From: Corallochytrium limacisporum Hawaii
Taxonomy: Eukaryota; Protista; Pluriformea
Assembly (NCBI GenBank): GCA_002811645.1
Contig: PDIP01000126.1
Location: forward strand, 41,226-105,225
DNA length: 64,000 bases
Reading direction: 5' to 3'
Shown piece by piece: positions 49,801 to 59,463 of this stretch. The notes beneath the pieces are model-generated. The model saw only the letters and a list, made by a program, of their open reading frames with translations. It did no database searches and was not told the origin of the DNA. The position numbers and the translations under genes were made by a program. Position 1 is the first letter of the stretch. Each line of letters starts with the position of its first letter.

Positions 49801-51945
49801 TGCTTGCATGATGCTCATGAACCTCTCTTCAATGTGCTCTGCAGTGCCAGCATGTTCTATGTTGTCCCGTACGCCCATGATATCATCATCATCGTCATTC
49901 TCGTCGTCGATTGCCTGACTCGCCAATGACTTTGATGATGACGCTTGAGTGGCAGCTCCAAGCAAGAGCGATAGCTTTCCATTCGCTTCTTCCTGCTCCG
50001 ATGATACCGTTGGTTGCGATCGTCGCTGCTGAGTTGGTGTCTGCGAAGATTTCTGTGTGAGATGCCTTGATGACGGACGGTTGCGAACAATCGTTTCGGC
50101 CCGTTCCGCGTCCCGTGCGACAAGGCGCTTGAGCTCACCGTAGAGCCGCTCTTCCACTGGCGTCTGCTCGCTGCGGCCGTAGCACCGCGGCTCTGCATCC
50201 TTTGCTGCGCGCAGGGCCTCGCCCAGTACGTCGACCTCAGCGGTGGTGTCGCCCCTTTCCCTGCGACGCAGGTTCTCGTCCTCCCAGAGCTGTGCTAGGG
50301 AGCGCACAAGCGATGACCCCGCGCTTGCTGGTTGTCCAGGCACCGTACGCTGATTCTGTGACCGCAAAACGTCTGCCGGTGCGATTTCGAGTGGATTGAG
50401 GACATCTTCGACCGTGGCATCGAGTTCGAGGGCGGTGGTTGACGTGCGCTCTGCGAGAATGGAGCGCAGCACGGCGAGCGGGGAGAGAGAGGTGACGTCC
50501 CAATGGCCTGCGTGTGGCACCAATGAGAGGTAAGAGGTACCATTGCTGCTCGATGATTCATTTTGTTCATTATGTTCACTTTCCGAAGAAGGTGGCTGCG
50601 GCTGCTGTCCATCCGCGGACAAAGGTAGCCTCCGTGCTGCTCTAACGCCGGTCTTATCCGGCAGAATGGAGGCAACACGCTGTGCGTGAGGAGTCTGTTT
50701 GCGCCGCTCCGTCAGTTTCTCCCACTCTCGTTCTGTCACACGGAATCTGCCATCCCCGAGATGGACGAAATTCATACCGTAGAGATTGTAGTCGATCAGC
50801 AGAGCCAGATGGAAAGGAATGTGGCTCTCATGCGGCTGGAACTGATGGCCACTGCCGGGACCACCGTTCTGCTGCGCGGGCGGTCTAACCTCTTCCATGG
50901 ATTGAAAGCCGTCAATCTCACCGTTCAGAAGCAGCACGCTCGTCCTGCCCAAGAGCGAAGGATTGTAGAGCGCAATCCGAAGCCAAAAGACACCCGAATC
51001 TCCAGCGTCATGGTAGCCGTAGAAGGGAGTGGCCCGGATCAGATTGACACCAAAGACATGTTCCTGGACCTGTTGAACATTACGAATAATTGATGGTGAT
51101 GATTGTTTTCCCGGCTGCTGTTGCGGTTCGTCCGTTTGCTTTGCCTGCAGCTTTTGCCAGGGTGCCATCCTTTCCGTATCAGTTTTCGGATCGAGCTGGT
51201 CTTGGTTCTGCTCAGGCTGCAGTTCCGTCTGTGCGGGCACTGCATCCAGATCGGGCACGGCGTTAGATTTAAAGGAAGCTTGCAGACTACGATTGATGCC
51301 CTCGGCCAGCCGACGGGCATAGTCACGGACGCAAGGGGCCTCATTACCGGCCCGGTGAATACAACGGGCGTGACAACTGCCATGATCTTCTGCCTCACAA
51401 CCCGTCGGTCCGTGGTAGAGAATGATTAAATACGGGAAAGAACCATGTAAATGTAGTAGACAGCTCTGACCCGCCGGAGTGCGGCCAAAGATTCGATGAA
51501 TAGGCACCTCAGGGACCGACCGCCGGGTATGGGAACTACCCCCGAGCTCCGGATCCGGGCTCACTACGCCACCGTAGCAAAAATTTTTGAAAGATCGCTG
51601 ATCAGACGCCCGATATACTTCCCATGGGTCAATTTCCTGTAGTTGGCGGTACCGGCGGTGTTTCCGTAGCGGAGTGTGGTCGTGGTCAAATCCGGGTCTC
51701 GGCGATGCCATGTAATAATCCAGCGCAACGATGCGGAGGCTGAAGAAAGCGTGCTGAAGCGAATCATAGGCCAGTTCTGTCCGGTCTATGGGCCCTGTTT
51801 TCTTAGACCGGTCTCGTCGGCGTCGCTGGATTGTGTGGTCTTGGCTGGTGAGGCGGGTAGGGTCGTACTTTTCAGCTGTAAGGGACGGCCCATCAGACGA
51901 TGCCCCCCCTGGATCATCATGGTCTGTGATGGCTACACTGGCCAT
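43897..51945 (-). CDS. REV3: DNA polymerase zeta catalytic subunit (family B)
   Basis: 2682 aa. N-terminal IFGRTPAGQSCLLHLHGSFPY and FQPHESHIPFHL.LLIDYNLYGM. Polymerase motifs DFQSLYPS.MIAYNLCYST, RQLGLKMISNVTYGYTSANYSGRMP and YGDTDSLF, plus the REV3-type SRGSQFRVESMM. C-terminal CysA and CysB clusters (CAMPDC..CKEC; CRNC..CLNMDC). Confidence 0.97.
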   Translation of the reverse strand: MASVAITDHDDPGGASSDGPSLTAEKYDPTRLTSQDHTIQRRRRDRSKKTGPIDRTELAYDSLQHAFFSLRIVALDYYMASPRPGFDHDHTPLRKHRRYRQLQEIDPWEVYRASDQRSFKNFCYGGVVSPDPELGGSSHTRRSVPEVPIHRIFGRTPAGQSCLLHLHGSFPYLIILYHGPTGCEAEDHGSCHARCIHRAGNEAPCVRDYARRLAEGINRSLQASFKSNAVPDLDAVPAQTELQPEQNQDQLDPKTDTERMAPWQKLQAKQTDEPQQQPGKQSSPSIIRNVQQVQEHVFGVNLIRATPFYGYHDAGDSGVFWLRIALYNPSLLGRTSVLLLNGEIDGFQSMEEVRPPAQQNGGPGSGHQFQPHESHIPFHLALLIDYNLYGMNFVHLGDGRFRVTEREWEKLTERRKQTPHAQRVASILPDKTGVRAARRLPLSADGQQPQPPSSESEHNEQNESSSSNGTSYLSLVPHAGHWDVTSLSPLAVLRSILAERTSTTALELDATVEDVLNPLEIAPADVLRSQNQRTVPGQPASAGSSLVRSLAQLWEDENLRRRERGDTTAEVDVLGEALRAAKDAEPRCYGRSEQTPVEERLYGELKRLVARDAERAETIVRNRPSSRHLTQKSSQTPTQQRRSQPTVSSEQEEANGKLSLLLGAATQASSSKSLASQAIDDENDDDDDIMGVRDNIEHAGTAEHIEERFMSIMQASSQPQHGVHDAVNARIPEHGPIMDDDEDAEGDAVLLSQREYENEEQETGKDDVEGGDLFFLIDQYDSPEELEREDNEGSRYRVSSLENEKSSSRSRLPDQVDGMIEDSSDDDDEEGAVDHNLRQGQIIHAIKLHRSAATTSSPSKARRQGRFRSDASKQKQNQRRRSSDSSGGGAPLTLMTTRPRPTLQQFADDLDDIVEGFDDDDDGPGHSKGGIDPVNTGMVVVGDSGDDEDNTQQFSKAPTQHFVQVEDERSFAPIIAERGLDDWSPGPLPRISKYVPPEMAGGTDQQAQNLRLHTSFIIEDSDPDSDRESQEKSQLQQHHAHTVRVTPMRKLDKRKTVIPAVINEEEEHGLDRDTKPPEREQAEHPQSQSPTQPPEDQQEPPMISAASPSHDHTAVTSLTASEGLPALTQDQQRLPSSPTATVSAPAQGVAFLSPPLMPGQVVFRPSRPPPSPRDVSATLEVYGLRHLEPNDLHYSAAADCPGRTVTYAGRSIRLRSRAIVDLSAFDSNGELRNIAESSATRGGNSVPTLAPLPQFPSTTMAALRRSERSVTRLAKGRAVGPALDILWLPEQATAAYTRRQERLVQNTQSILIPSLAAPNPSRLNEESRQTSSKAIPPRVSRRLLSLHHGRRHRSRLKRNRNEAEIDAEVDEEEVPTLPSTADSAPVHRPGALNVLSADDTATTADPEPQAYHRPLLQQPSSAKRLRSLAQITPARGIEAASVLASKDANASGAIGIEGPDSAKRKPRPAPFTRMQDDLQRELRRQRRQRRSKKALANADDAIVDESDENHLLNDGDEKDDGCNDVDDYPYTIDYRDLRALHGFQRIAWMAVEIFAKTRGDLLSDPAKDELCMISYAIYRDIPPFEDNDNDENEQPSDDHVERRHLNTDNGAAFRPRFKHHAQHRRIVQGVLMVNNENGETTEGTSEGQDLVTEHFLRNVSKRQFSPSAVTTPKPPDAGPQPHAATRSETQGTSTSTGMAQIVTFKTAPVHVACYSSETDMLRGLVSLIRVQDPDIITGYDVQHWSWGYILERSSVLGLDLIQALSRVPQDLQSSSLEPSKDEWGFRKQSSIHLAGRITLNLWRLMRSEVTLTIYSFEHVVHHVLQRRTPVYSSAQLRGWWDNRRTRHRVVEHFVLRNRGNMELLEELNIVGRTSELARMFGIDFFSVLSRGSQFRVESMMLRLAKPMNYIPMSPSKVQVSNMDAPEVIPLVMEPESRFYASPVLVMDFQSLYPSVMIAYNLCYSTCLGRLHGRTTDSIVQMHRAVPGPETRSGAGKAAAAKLSELNRYGAEAESKKMGAGTLSVPIGTIAALHEQSTPSHDADGLALPPSLSRSRHPSPGRDYDRDDEADRNLTVTPNGIVFVKQSVRIGVLPRMLDELLRTRIMVKASMKRIDLKAISTYGQSGDDILARGLHRMLNARQLGLKMISNVTYGYTSANYSGRMPSVDIADSIVMLGRQTLERAIGLVERNTKWGARVVYGDTDSLFILLDGKTREQAFQIGEEIQEAVTKSNPPPVTLKFEKVYHPCILMSKKRYVGNAYENPGQREPTFDAKGIETIRRDTCPATAKILGKSLRLLFSTADLSAVKSYVQKQMLRILEGRVNLRDFVFAKEIRPGTYKDPLHQPVCLVAAESSARDHRRTPRHGERIRYVVVYGPPGARLIDCVKRPEDLLSLVKRRVREMIMADEGGEHQSEAGPREERTSGQNKSAGTKIMVMGTRYNLHATYYITKQVLPALDRHLALAGVDVKEWFRELPRRRNVANSALQFGGAGGGSLGEEDNQTLAALHRNNDGESVATPMDKGPNFGAGAAAVDNHPGLAHAAQNLARRRHKRLEHYYRSSLCAMPDCNGLIVARNQRNMGSTSSRGSNVSGLALDVASQLLCKECLRDVQGSALRLIEAERGAEEEQHQLEAVCRNCSGLDVDPVPCLNMDCWILYERERNASDVQHSRRRRQTVMEALASL

Positions 51946-53247
51946 GGCTGTGAACGTTGTTTATATCCCAGAGCCGCATCTGATATCATATATTTAAGAG
52001 CGGCGGACTTGTGTCTCCCTGTGTCATGGCTTATATGTTGATGGTCTGCGCGGCGCAAAGTTTCAGCCCGTCCTCGACGGAACAGGCGCTGCGTCTTACG
52101 TTCGCATTGTTCAGTGATCTTGCATTCTGTTCAACACTTGTCTAAACTAGATGTACAGCGGTCCACCTGTGGGGATGGTTTCTGGCCGCAAAGGCCACAC
52201 TGAGACTTGTGTCGAACCGAATTCCTCCGACTGCACTGTGTGTTACCCGGCTTCGAAACTGAGCTCACCAAACGGGAGTCCCTTTACCACACATCCCCTC
52301 TTCGGTAAAATAAGGAATCAGTATAATTTATTTATATTTTATCAGGGATTTTAACAAATAGTATCCAAATGTGTATATATTTTAAAAGAATAAGTATATA
52401 ATTCTTTTTTGGCGATACGTATCCATTATGATTGGCTGAAGATCGCGAATGAAAAGGGGGCCTAATTTAACCGCCCGAGAGGGTCCCGCACCACCTTCCC
52501 CAAGTCTCTGTCTTTGCGGTCTCCCCACCGACGACTTGACGAGATGTCTCCTGTTTCGTTTTGGCGCCAGAAGCCAGACCTCCGCCCTTGCGGCCCCCTG
52601 GGGGGGGGGCCTCTGTTTGAAAGAAAGGGGAAACTCTTGGCAACCCGCCTCGCCACATAAACCCCCCCCCCCCCCGCGCGGGGGGGACTTTGGCTCCTAT
52701 TCCCCCGCCCTTTTTTTTTTTGGATTTTTTTTGGGTCCCGTGTATGCGGCCCCTTTTGCCCGGCCAGTCGCAGCACTACGGGACGGTCTCCTCCCATTCC
52801 CTTCTGCCACCCAACCCAACCCAACCCAACCCAACCCAACACACACACACACAGAACCCCCGGGGCAGTGGAAGGGAGCCACAAGAGCAAGAGAGACCGA
52901 ACGCTCCCAGGTTCTCAAAAAAGCAATTCCGCCACTTGAGACGCCCCTTTACCGCTTCCGTTGCTGGTGCTCGGAGTCACAAACAAAGGACTTCAATGCT
53001 TGAGCAGACAGTTTTCTTGTCTTGGCGGAGATTTCCTAACGTGTTTGCTAGCCGCGGAGTGATCACGTCGTCAGAGGTATTCGGACACAAGCGGCGAGTG
53101 ATACACAAAGTACTATAGTCAGATCCAAACCAGTATGGACACAAGCCTGGAGCTTTCTCCATGATATGCGAAACGTTTCAAACTAAAGACTATAGACAGA
53201 CAGAGCATGAGACAATAGAGTGACTCACATCTGTCGGCACACCTAGC
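51946..53247. promoter_or_regulatory. Putative bidirectional promoter region of REV3 and DRP1
   Basis: Head-to-head genes 1.3 kb apart. The spacer has an AT-rich block (about 52305-52430), two C-to-G tracts (52592-52611, 52662-52686) and microsatellites. Function is inferred from position only. Confidence 0.5.
52808..52852. repeat. (CCAAC)6 followed by (CA)n, between the divergent REV3 and DRP1 genes
   Basis: ccaacccaacccaacccaacccaacccaac followed by acacacacacac. Confidence 0.9.
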
Positions 53248-56187
53248 ATGTCCCAGCAACGCACACCTCTACGAGAGTTAGTCGGAAGTGCAGCATCGCG
53301 CTCATCATCATACTCACACCGGGACCCATCCTCGCCTGATCGCTACTACGACGTCAGTGACGGAGGCGCACCAGAAAAACATCAGACTCCAAGCAGGCCA
53401 CCCCCTCCGAACCCCCGATCAGCAACGAAGCACAGCCCCATGCCGACCAGTACCACCTCATCCTACTCACGTAGGGACGTGAACAGCAGCAGTGACAAAG
53501 GTTCAAGTCGTGCCATTAAGCTGGCTTCCACGGGCACCCTACGGCACATGGAAGGTCTGATTCCTCTGCTGAACAAACTGCAAGATGTGTTCAACCTTAC
53601 GATGGCGGGAACGGGATCCTCTGCTGCCACTGATTCCAGCACAGTCAGCGAAGTGATCCAACTTCCACAGATTGTCGTGGTCGGCGCCCAATCCTCAGGC
53701 AAGTCCAGTGTGCTGGAGAACATTGTCGGGCGTGATTTCTTGCCACGTGGCACTGGAATTGTTACTCGCCGCCCGCTGAACCTCCAACTGATCCAAAAGA
53801 CAGACCGTCTAGCGGGGGAGCATGCTGAGTTCCTCCACAAACCGGGCAAAAAGTATTATAATTTCGAGGAGGTCAGACAAGAGATTCAAGCTGAAACGGA
53901 GAGAGTATGCGGCTCTGGGTCGCTGACTAAAGGCACTGCCAACGGTGACGGCGATGAGAAGGGATCTTCCACAGTCAAGGCCGGAGTAAGCAGCCAACCG
54001 ATCAACCTGCGGATCTACAGCCCTCGGGTGCTGAACCTGTCGCTGGTAGATCTGCCTGGTCTGACCCGGGTAGCAACCAACGGCCAAGGCGAGGACATCT
54101 CCAAGGAAATCCACGACATGGTCCTGAGCTACATCCGCAATCCGAATGCGATTATCTTGGCTATCAGTCCCGCCAACTACGACATTGCCAACAGCGAGGC
54201 TCTTCGTATCGCCAAAACCGTCGACCCAGACGGCATGCGGACCATCGGTGTCCTCACCAAGGTTGACATCATGGACCATGGAACGGACTGTGTCGATATC
54301 CTCACGGGTCAGACCTACCCGCTCTCTCTCGGCTTTGTTGCAGTCGTGAACCGCAGCCAGCGAGACATTATGGAGTTCAAAGACATTGACTCCGCCCTAC
54401 GGGACGAGGAAGACTTCTTTCGCACTCACCTGGCATACTCAAAGATTCATCGTCGGTATTGCGGTACCGCGCATCTGGCACACAAATTGCAGAAATTACT
54501 TATGGCTCATGTCCGGGACGCATTGCCGGCCCTGAAGAGCCGCGTGAAGACGCTGCTGACCCGTACCCGTGCTCAACTGCGAGAGTGTGGTGAGCCGTTG
54601 AAGGATCGAGCGGATAAGAGCGCATTCCTGCTGCAGGTGCTAAATCGATTCTCTGGGATATTCACCGGCGCAATCGATGGCGGTGGCGTGGGGCTCGGCA
54701 GTGGTGGAAACGCTAGCGGCTTGCTGGGATCCAATGGCAACGTGACGCTCAACACCACCGAATTGAGTGGAGGCGCTAGGATCTGTTACATCTTCCACGA
54801 GATTTTTGGGCACACGTTGGAGAACGTGGATCCCTTGGATGGTCTGGAGGACCGGGACATTCTCACGGCAATCCTCAATGCGACTGGACCGCGTCCGTCG
54901 CTGTTTCTGCCCGAGGCGAGCTTTGAGCAGCTTGTGAAACGGCAAATCCGACGATTGGAGGAGCCCTCCCTGCGCTGTTGCGAATTGATCTATGATGAAC
55001 TAATCAAGATCCTCGGGCAATGCGAAGAGACACCCGAGTTGCTGCGTTTCAGCCGTCTCCGGGAACGGATCCGGGAGGTCGTGGTTGACATGATCCGCCG
55101 CCGCTTGCCGTCCACCAACCGCATGATTGAAAGCCTGGTGGCCATCGAATTGAGCTACATCAACACGAACCACCCTGATTTTCTCAGTTCCGGTGACGTC
55201 CTATCCCGCGTGCGTAGGACGTTGCGAAAGGACCACCATGCGCATCGGGATACGGGAGTGAAGTTGTCCGCTGCTGCAACTCCTGGTGACCACGAGTCGG
55301 ATGGATCAAGCGCCGACCTGGCGACTGCAGCTGCGGGCGCGAGCGGCGGTCCCTCTGGTACGACAGCCAACGGTACCCACAAATCCCGCAGAGGCAAACA
55401 CCGCCACTCCGTGAACGTGGACAGCTCCGAGGAGCTGAAGAAGCAGTTCAATGGTGGAGAAGTGAGCGGCACTGGCTCGGCGTCAGGAGAGCAGGCCATG
55501 TTGAGCGATGACAATGTCGCTTTCGCGGGAGACAACAGTCAGCACCACCACGTACACTCGCAGAGTCTGGACGGCAACAACAAAGGCGGAGGCATCGCCG
55601 CATGGGTACCTTTCTTTGGCGGTGGTACCAAGAACACTGCAAGTGCACCATCCGCATCGGAGGCTAAGGCAGGCGGCAATGGATCGTCGTCCGATGTTCA
55701 GGCTGGGGCTGGCCATGCTGGACACCTGCATCAGTCCTACAGCCAGCAGTATGGACGCCGCCTGTACGACGAAGACGACGCCATCGCCCGGGAATCCCGG
55801 GGTGTGGCCAGCCTGGACGATTCCATCTCCATCCACCAAATGTTCAACCCGGACCGAAAGCATCTACTGCTCGGACGCCTGGAGATGGAGACTGAACTCA
55901 TCAAGTCATTGATCTGCGCGTACTTTGACATTGTGCGTAAAAACATCCAGGATGCCATTCCTAAGGCTATTATGCACTTCTTGGTCAACGAAGTTCGCGA
56001 CAATTTGCAAGCCACGCTCGTCGGCCAGCTCTATAACCAGGACATGGTCGACACTCTGTTGGTCGAGAGCGCGGACACTGCCATCAAACGTGCGCAGACG
56101 CAGGAGTTCTTGCAGGCCCTGGAACGCGCCTGGGCTGTGCTTGGCGAGGTGCGTGACATGAACTACGCCGGGAACAGCCAGCGCTGA
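53248..56187 (+). CDS. DNM1L: Dynamin-related GTPase, Drp1/Dnm1-like (mitochondrial or peroxisomal fission)
   Basis: MEGLIPLLNKLQDVF, G1 GAQSSGKSS, LPRGTGIVTRRPL, DLPG, TKVD, ELSGGARICYIFHE middle domain, YINTNHPDF, a low-complexity insert B in place of a PH domain, and a GED (YFDIVRKNIQDAIPKAIMHFLVN). No proline-rich domain. Confidence 0.92.
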   Translation: MSQQRTPLRELVGSAASRSSSYSHRDPSSPDRYYDVSDGGAPEKHQTPSRPPPPNPRSATKHSPMPTSTTSSYSRRDVNSSSDKGSSRAIKLASTGTLRHMEGLIPLLNKLQDVFNLTMAGTGSSAATDSSTVSEVIQLPQIVVVGAQSSGKSSVLENIVGRDFLPRGTGIVTRRPLNLQLIQKTDRLAGEHAEFLHKPGKKYYNFEEVRQEIQAETERVCGSGSLTKGTANGDGDEKGSSTVKAGVSSQPINLRIYSPRVLNLSLVDLPGLTRVATNGQGEDISKEIHDMVLSYIRNPNAIILAISPANYDIANSEALRIAKTVDPDGMRTIGVLTKVDIMDHGTDCVDILTGQTYPLSLGFVAVVNRSQRDIMEFKDIDSALRDEEDFFRTHLAYSKIHRRYCGTAHLAHKLQKLLMAHVRDALPALKSRVKTLLTRTRAQLRECGEPLKDRADKSAFLLQVLNRFSGIFTGAIDGGGVGLGSGGNASGLLGSNGNVTLNTTELSGGARICYIFHEIFGHTLENVDPLDGLEDRDILTAILNATGPRPSLFLPEASFEQLVKRQIRRLEEPSLRCCELIYDELIKILGQCEETPELLRFSRLRERIREVVVDMIRRRLPSTNRMIESLVAIELSYINTNHPDFLSSGDVLSRVRRTLRKDHHAHRDTGVKLSAAATPGDHESDGSSADLATAAAGASGGPSGTTANGTHKSRRGKHRHSVNVDSSEELKKQFNGGEVSGTGSASGEQAMLSDDNVAFAGDNSQHHHVHSQSLDGNNKGGGIAAWVPFFGGGTKNTASAPSASEAKAGGNGSSSDVQAGAGHAGHLHQSYSQQYGRRLYDEDDAIARESRGVASLDDSISIHQMFNPDRKHLLLGRLEMETELIKSLICAYFDIVRKNIQDAIPKAIMHFLVNEVRDNLQATLVGQLYNQDMVDTLLVESADTAIKRAQTQEFLQALERAWAVLGEVRDMNYAGNSQR

Positions 56188-57240
56188 AAAGCTGTTTATG
56201 CATTGATGTTTCACATGACACCAACAGGCAGAACCAATATGTTTTAACAGAATATTACCATCATACTACCCATACCAACTAAACCACACCATAAACCACC
56301 CACTCGTCCCCAAGCCAAAAGTGTTGTGCACGACATGCCTTACGAAAACTACCGTCCCACACTGCACACGGCCGCCGACAGCCCATCTCCTTCCATTCAC
56401 CCCTGGCCTGCGGCACCGGCACAGCCACCACGACGGCACCAGGCCCGTCCCCCCCTCCCCTGCGCTGATCCCTCCATCTCCGCCCCGGGCGACCCCCGGG
56501 GGGGGGGGCCTGTGTGTCGCGAAGTCCTTTTTTTTCTTTACTTTTCTTTTCTGTTTTATGGCGCCATTTTTTCTTCCCGCTCTCGTACGCGGTGGGACTG
56601 CTTGGTTTCAGTACTCAAACAGTGGCCCGGGATGCGCTTAGCAATTCGGGAAACGACACAGAGCGACAGCGAAAGAGCGAGAGAGCGCGAGAGAGAGGGC
56701 GGGGACCCGGTGTTTTTTTTTATATTTTCTATTTTTTGGTTATACTCGTCCTCTGCGACGCGACGCCCTCGCCTTAACAAGCACCCGGCGCAGCACAACT
56801 TGCGCCGCCCGAGGCTCCTTCGCCACTTTTTGTTTTCGGGGTTCTCTTTTCCCCGGACGGGGGGGACGGGACGGCCCAGCTCGACCGCCCGGCCAGTCTC
56901 CGGTCGCCTTGCCGCCGCCCAGGTTTTTTTTTTTCTCTTTTTGGGGACTCCCTCCGCTTTTCTTTGTTTTTTGGTGGTGGCACGTGAATAAAGGGAAAAA
57001 AAAAGAGGAAAACGGAAAAGAAAGCAAAGGTTAGGTTAAAGCGTATACACCGGGCCACTCGCAACCGCCTCAGAAAAGAGGTTGAAAGAAAAGAAAAGGA
57101 AGGGAGAGAGAGTAATAAAAAGAAAAGAAGAAATTGTTGTTTTCTGTATGGTTTGATTTTGTTTGGTGTGTGTGGTGGTTGGGGTGTGTGAGAGAGCGAG
57201 AGGGAGGGGAAGGGTAGGAAAAGGGGGGGGGAAGGTTGGG

Positions 57241-57427
57241 NNNNNNNNNNNNNNNNNNNNNNNNNNNNNNNNNNNNNNNNNNNNNNNNNNNNNNNNNNNN
57301 NNNNNNNNNNNNNNNNNNNNNNNNNNNNNNNNNNNNNNNNNNNNNNNNNNNNNNNNNNNNNNNNNNNNNNNNNNNNNNNNNNNNNNNNNNNNNNNNNNNN
57401 NNNNNNNNNNNNNNNNNNNNNNNNNNN
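57241..57427. other. Assembly gap
   Basis: N run flanked by G tracts. Confidence 1.
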
Positions 57428-57895
57428 AAGGAGTTGGGGGGTGGGGGGGGGGATATTATCGCCGGTTGGTGGTGGTGAACCGGTATAATTTCGCCCCCCC
57501 CCTCTCCCTCCCCAAGAAAAAAAGGGCGGGTAAAAAACCCCTCCTGCCCCCTCCGGGGGGTAAGGGGGGAAGGGGTGTGGGTGTGGGTACTCAACGGCCC
57601 CATTTTTCTTGGCTCTGTTTCTTCTTCTTCTTCTTTTTCTTTCTTTTTTCTTTTTTTGTGTGTGTGTTTGCTTTGCTTTTCTCTAGTTCTGTGGTGGGTG
57701 TGCCGGGTCCTTAGCTCCCCTTCTCCCGGCCCCCCCCCCTTTCCCCTCCCTTACGGCCGGCCCGTTGGGACAGGACGGACGGTCCGGACGGGTGAAGATA
57801 GAGAGAGAGAGAGAGAGAGAGCCCCGGGACTCTCAGAAAAGGAGTAAGGCCCGCTGCCATGGAGGAGGACGCCAAAACGCTTGGACTTTTTAACC

Positions 57896-57923
57896 GCTGC
57901 TGCTGCTGCTGCTGTTGTTGCTG
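57896..57923. repeat. (CTG)n/(TTG)n trinucleotide repeat
   Basis: gctgctgctgctgctgctgttgttgctg, intergenic. Confidence 0.85.
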
Positions 57924-58884
57924 GAAGCACACCAGGACTGCAGCAGGAATGTGTGTTAACACTACACCTGTCCGCAAAAAAACACAAACGGTATGTTTTG
58001 CAAGAACGGATGCCACCAGCCAATGGCAACAACGATCTGTTGTTGTCCAAAAGATCTATCCGGGGTGTGCTTCTTGAGTGTGTCCTTCCGGGACCGCTGG
58101 GGCCATAGCAGCGAACGTAATACCGTACAGTGTGTGTGTGTGTGTGTGGTCGCCAGCGGCCGGCGATCGGACGTACGTAGTACCCGCAAAAACCAGTAGC
58201 ACGCACAGCAAGAGCACAAACAGCTTAAATCACGATCCCTTTTTTTTTTTACCTCAAGTGGAAAGTGAGCAGAAAAGAGTGGTTCTGTTGTGCCAGCATT
58301 ACATGATAAGAGAGCCATCGTATAATGTCTTGTGAGGAGTGCACATCTCTGAGTTTTCTGCGCGAGTTGGTACTGTCCTGTTCTCACAGAGCCAAGGGTT
58401 AAGTGCTTTGCTGGCGACATTGGCCAACCCCAAATTATAGGATCATCGTGAGGGCCACAGAACAAAGCTACAAAGTCCGTGGATTGCAAGCTGACCGTTG
58501 CTTGGCGGGTAACCTTGCAAGAGAGTCTGGTTCAAACCGTGAAACACGCACAAGACATCTAGACGACCACTGCCTATGTCCTACCCGGGAATTCTGGTTC
58601 CTTCGAGGAAGATTTGAATTCATCCAGAGTACTTTTTGTGTGCGCGAGCCCAGCGAGAAGGTAAGGGACGCCTGAGACCCGAATTAGAGATAGGTCCACC
58701 GTTCCTCTGGGTGAGGAAGGTAATACGTAAATTCGTCCATTTTGCACAACCACACAAGATTGCACACGACTCAGGGCCTGGGATCAGATTCCAGTTCACC
58801 GCCCCACCTTGTCCCTTAGCAAACCACAGGTTTATCCAGTGACCACGAGAACAAAGAAAATCTTCTCGAGGGAGCTCAATTACC

Positions 58885-59463
58885 ATGAGCGTCACCACCG
58901 AGAGGAAACTACAGATTCCCCCCATACGGAGTCCCAACCGCAGCGCTGGCGGGCCGGTAGCTGTCTCCACTGCCCCTGGCTTGGATGCCGGACACGGCAG
59001 TAAGCTGTGTGCCCACCGCAACCGTGTCGCCTTTGTCTGCGGATCAAATTCTTGCCGCTCTCAGATGGCAGAAGTGTTGTGCAGGAAGCTACGCCCCGAA
59101 ATCGACTGCGTGAGCGGCGGGTTACAGACCAAACCCGGCAAGGTGATCAACCCGTTTGCGATCCGTGTCCTAGAAGAGATCGGGCTGGGTGTCGATGAAC
59201 TCTGCATCAAGGATCTGGGCAGCATTAAGCCGTACGCTTACGATTTGATTGTCGTACTATGTGAGTGCGACAGCCATATGAATGTGCCAAGTCATGTCCA
59301 GGGCAAGGTTGTGCTTCGGTCAATAGACGCGCCCTCCAATATTGTCAAAGCAATGGGCACTGAGGTGCCCGACGAGGAGAAGATTGCAGTCTATCGAAGG
59401 GTTAGGGACCAGATCAGTGAATTGATTCGGACCCTAAAAGTAGCAGAGGATGTCAAGGACTGA
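58885..59463 (+). CDS. arsC: Arsenate reductase ArsC-like protein (LMW-PTP fold) with a CxC distal cysteine pair
   Basis: P-loop FVCGSNSCRSQMAE (C-x5-R), INPFAIRVLEEIG, YDLIVVLCEC and YRRVRDQI, after an N-terminal extension of about 45 aa. Confidence 0.82.
   Translation: MSVTTERKLQIPPIRSPNRSAGGPVAVSTAPGLDAGHGSKLCAHRNRVAFVCGSNSCRSQMAEVLCRKLRPEIDCVSGGLQTKPGKVINPFAIRVLEEIGLGVDELCIKDLGSIKPYAYDLIVVLCECDSHMNVPSHVQGKVVLRSIDAPSNIVKAMGTEVPDEEKIAVYRRVRDQISELIRTLKVAEDVKD

Noticed and set aside
43897-51945. Family B polymerase considered as a viral or Polinton polymerase
   Set aside because: Carries REV3-specific motifs, CysA/CysB and REV7-binding sites; no capsid, integrase, packaging ATPase or terminal inverted repeats nearby.
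52808-52842. (CCAAC)n considered as a telomeric repeat
   Set aside because: Short, internal and not a TTAGGG-type unit; an ordinary microsatellite.
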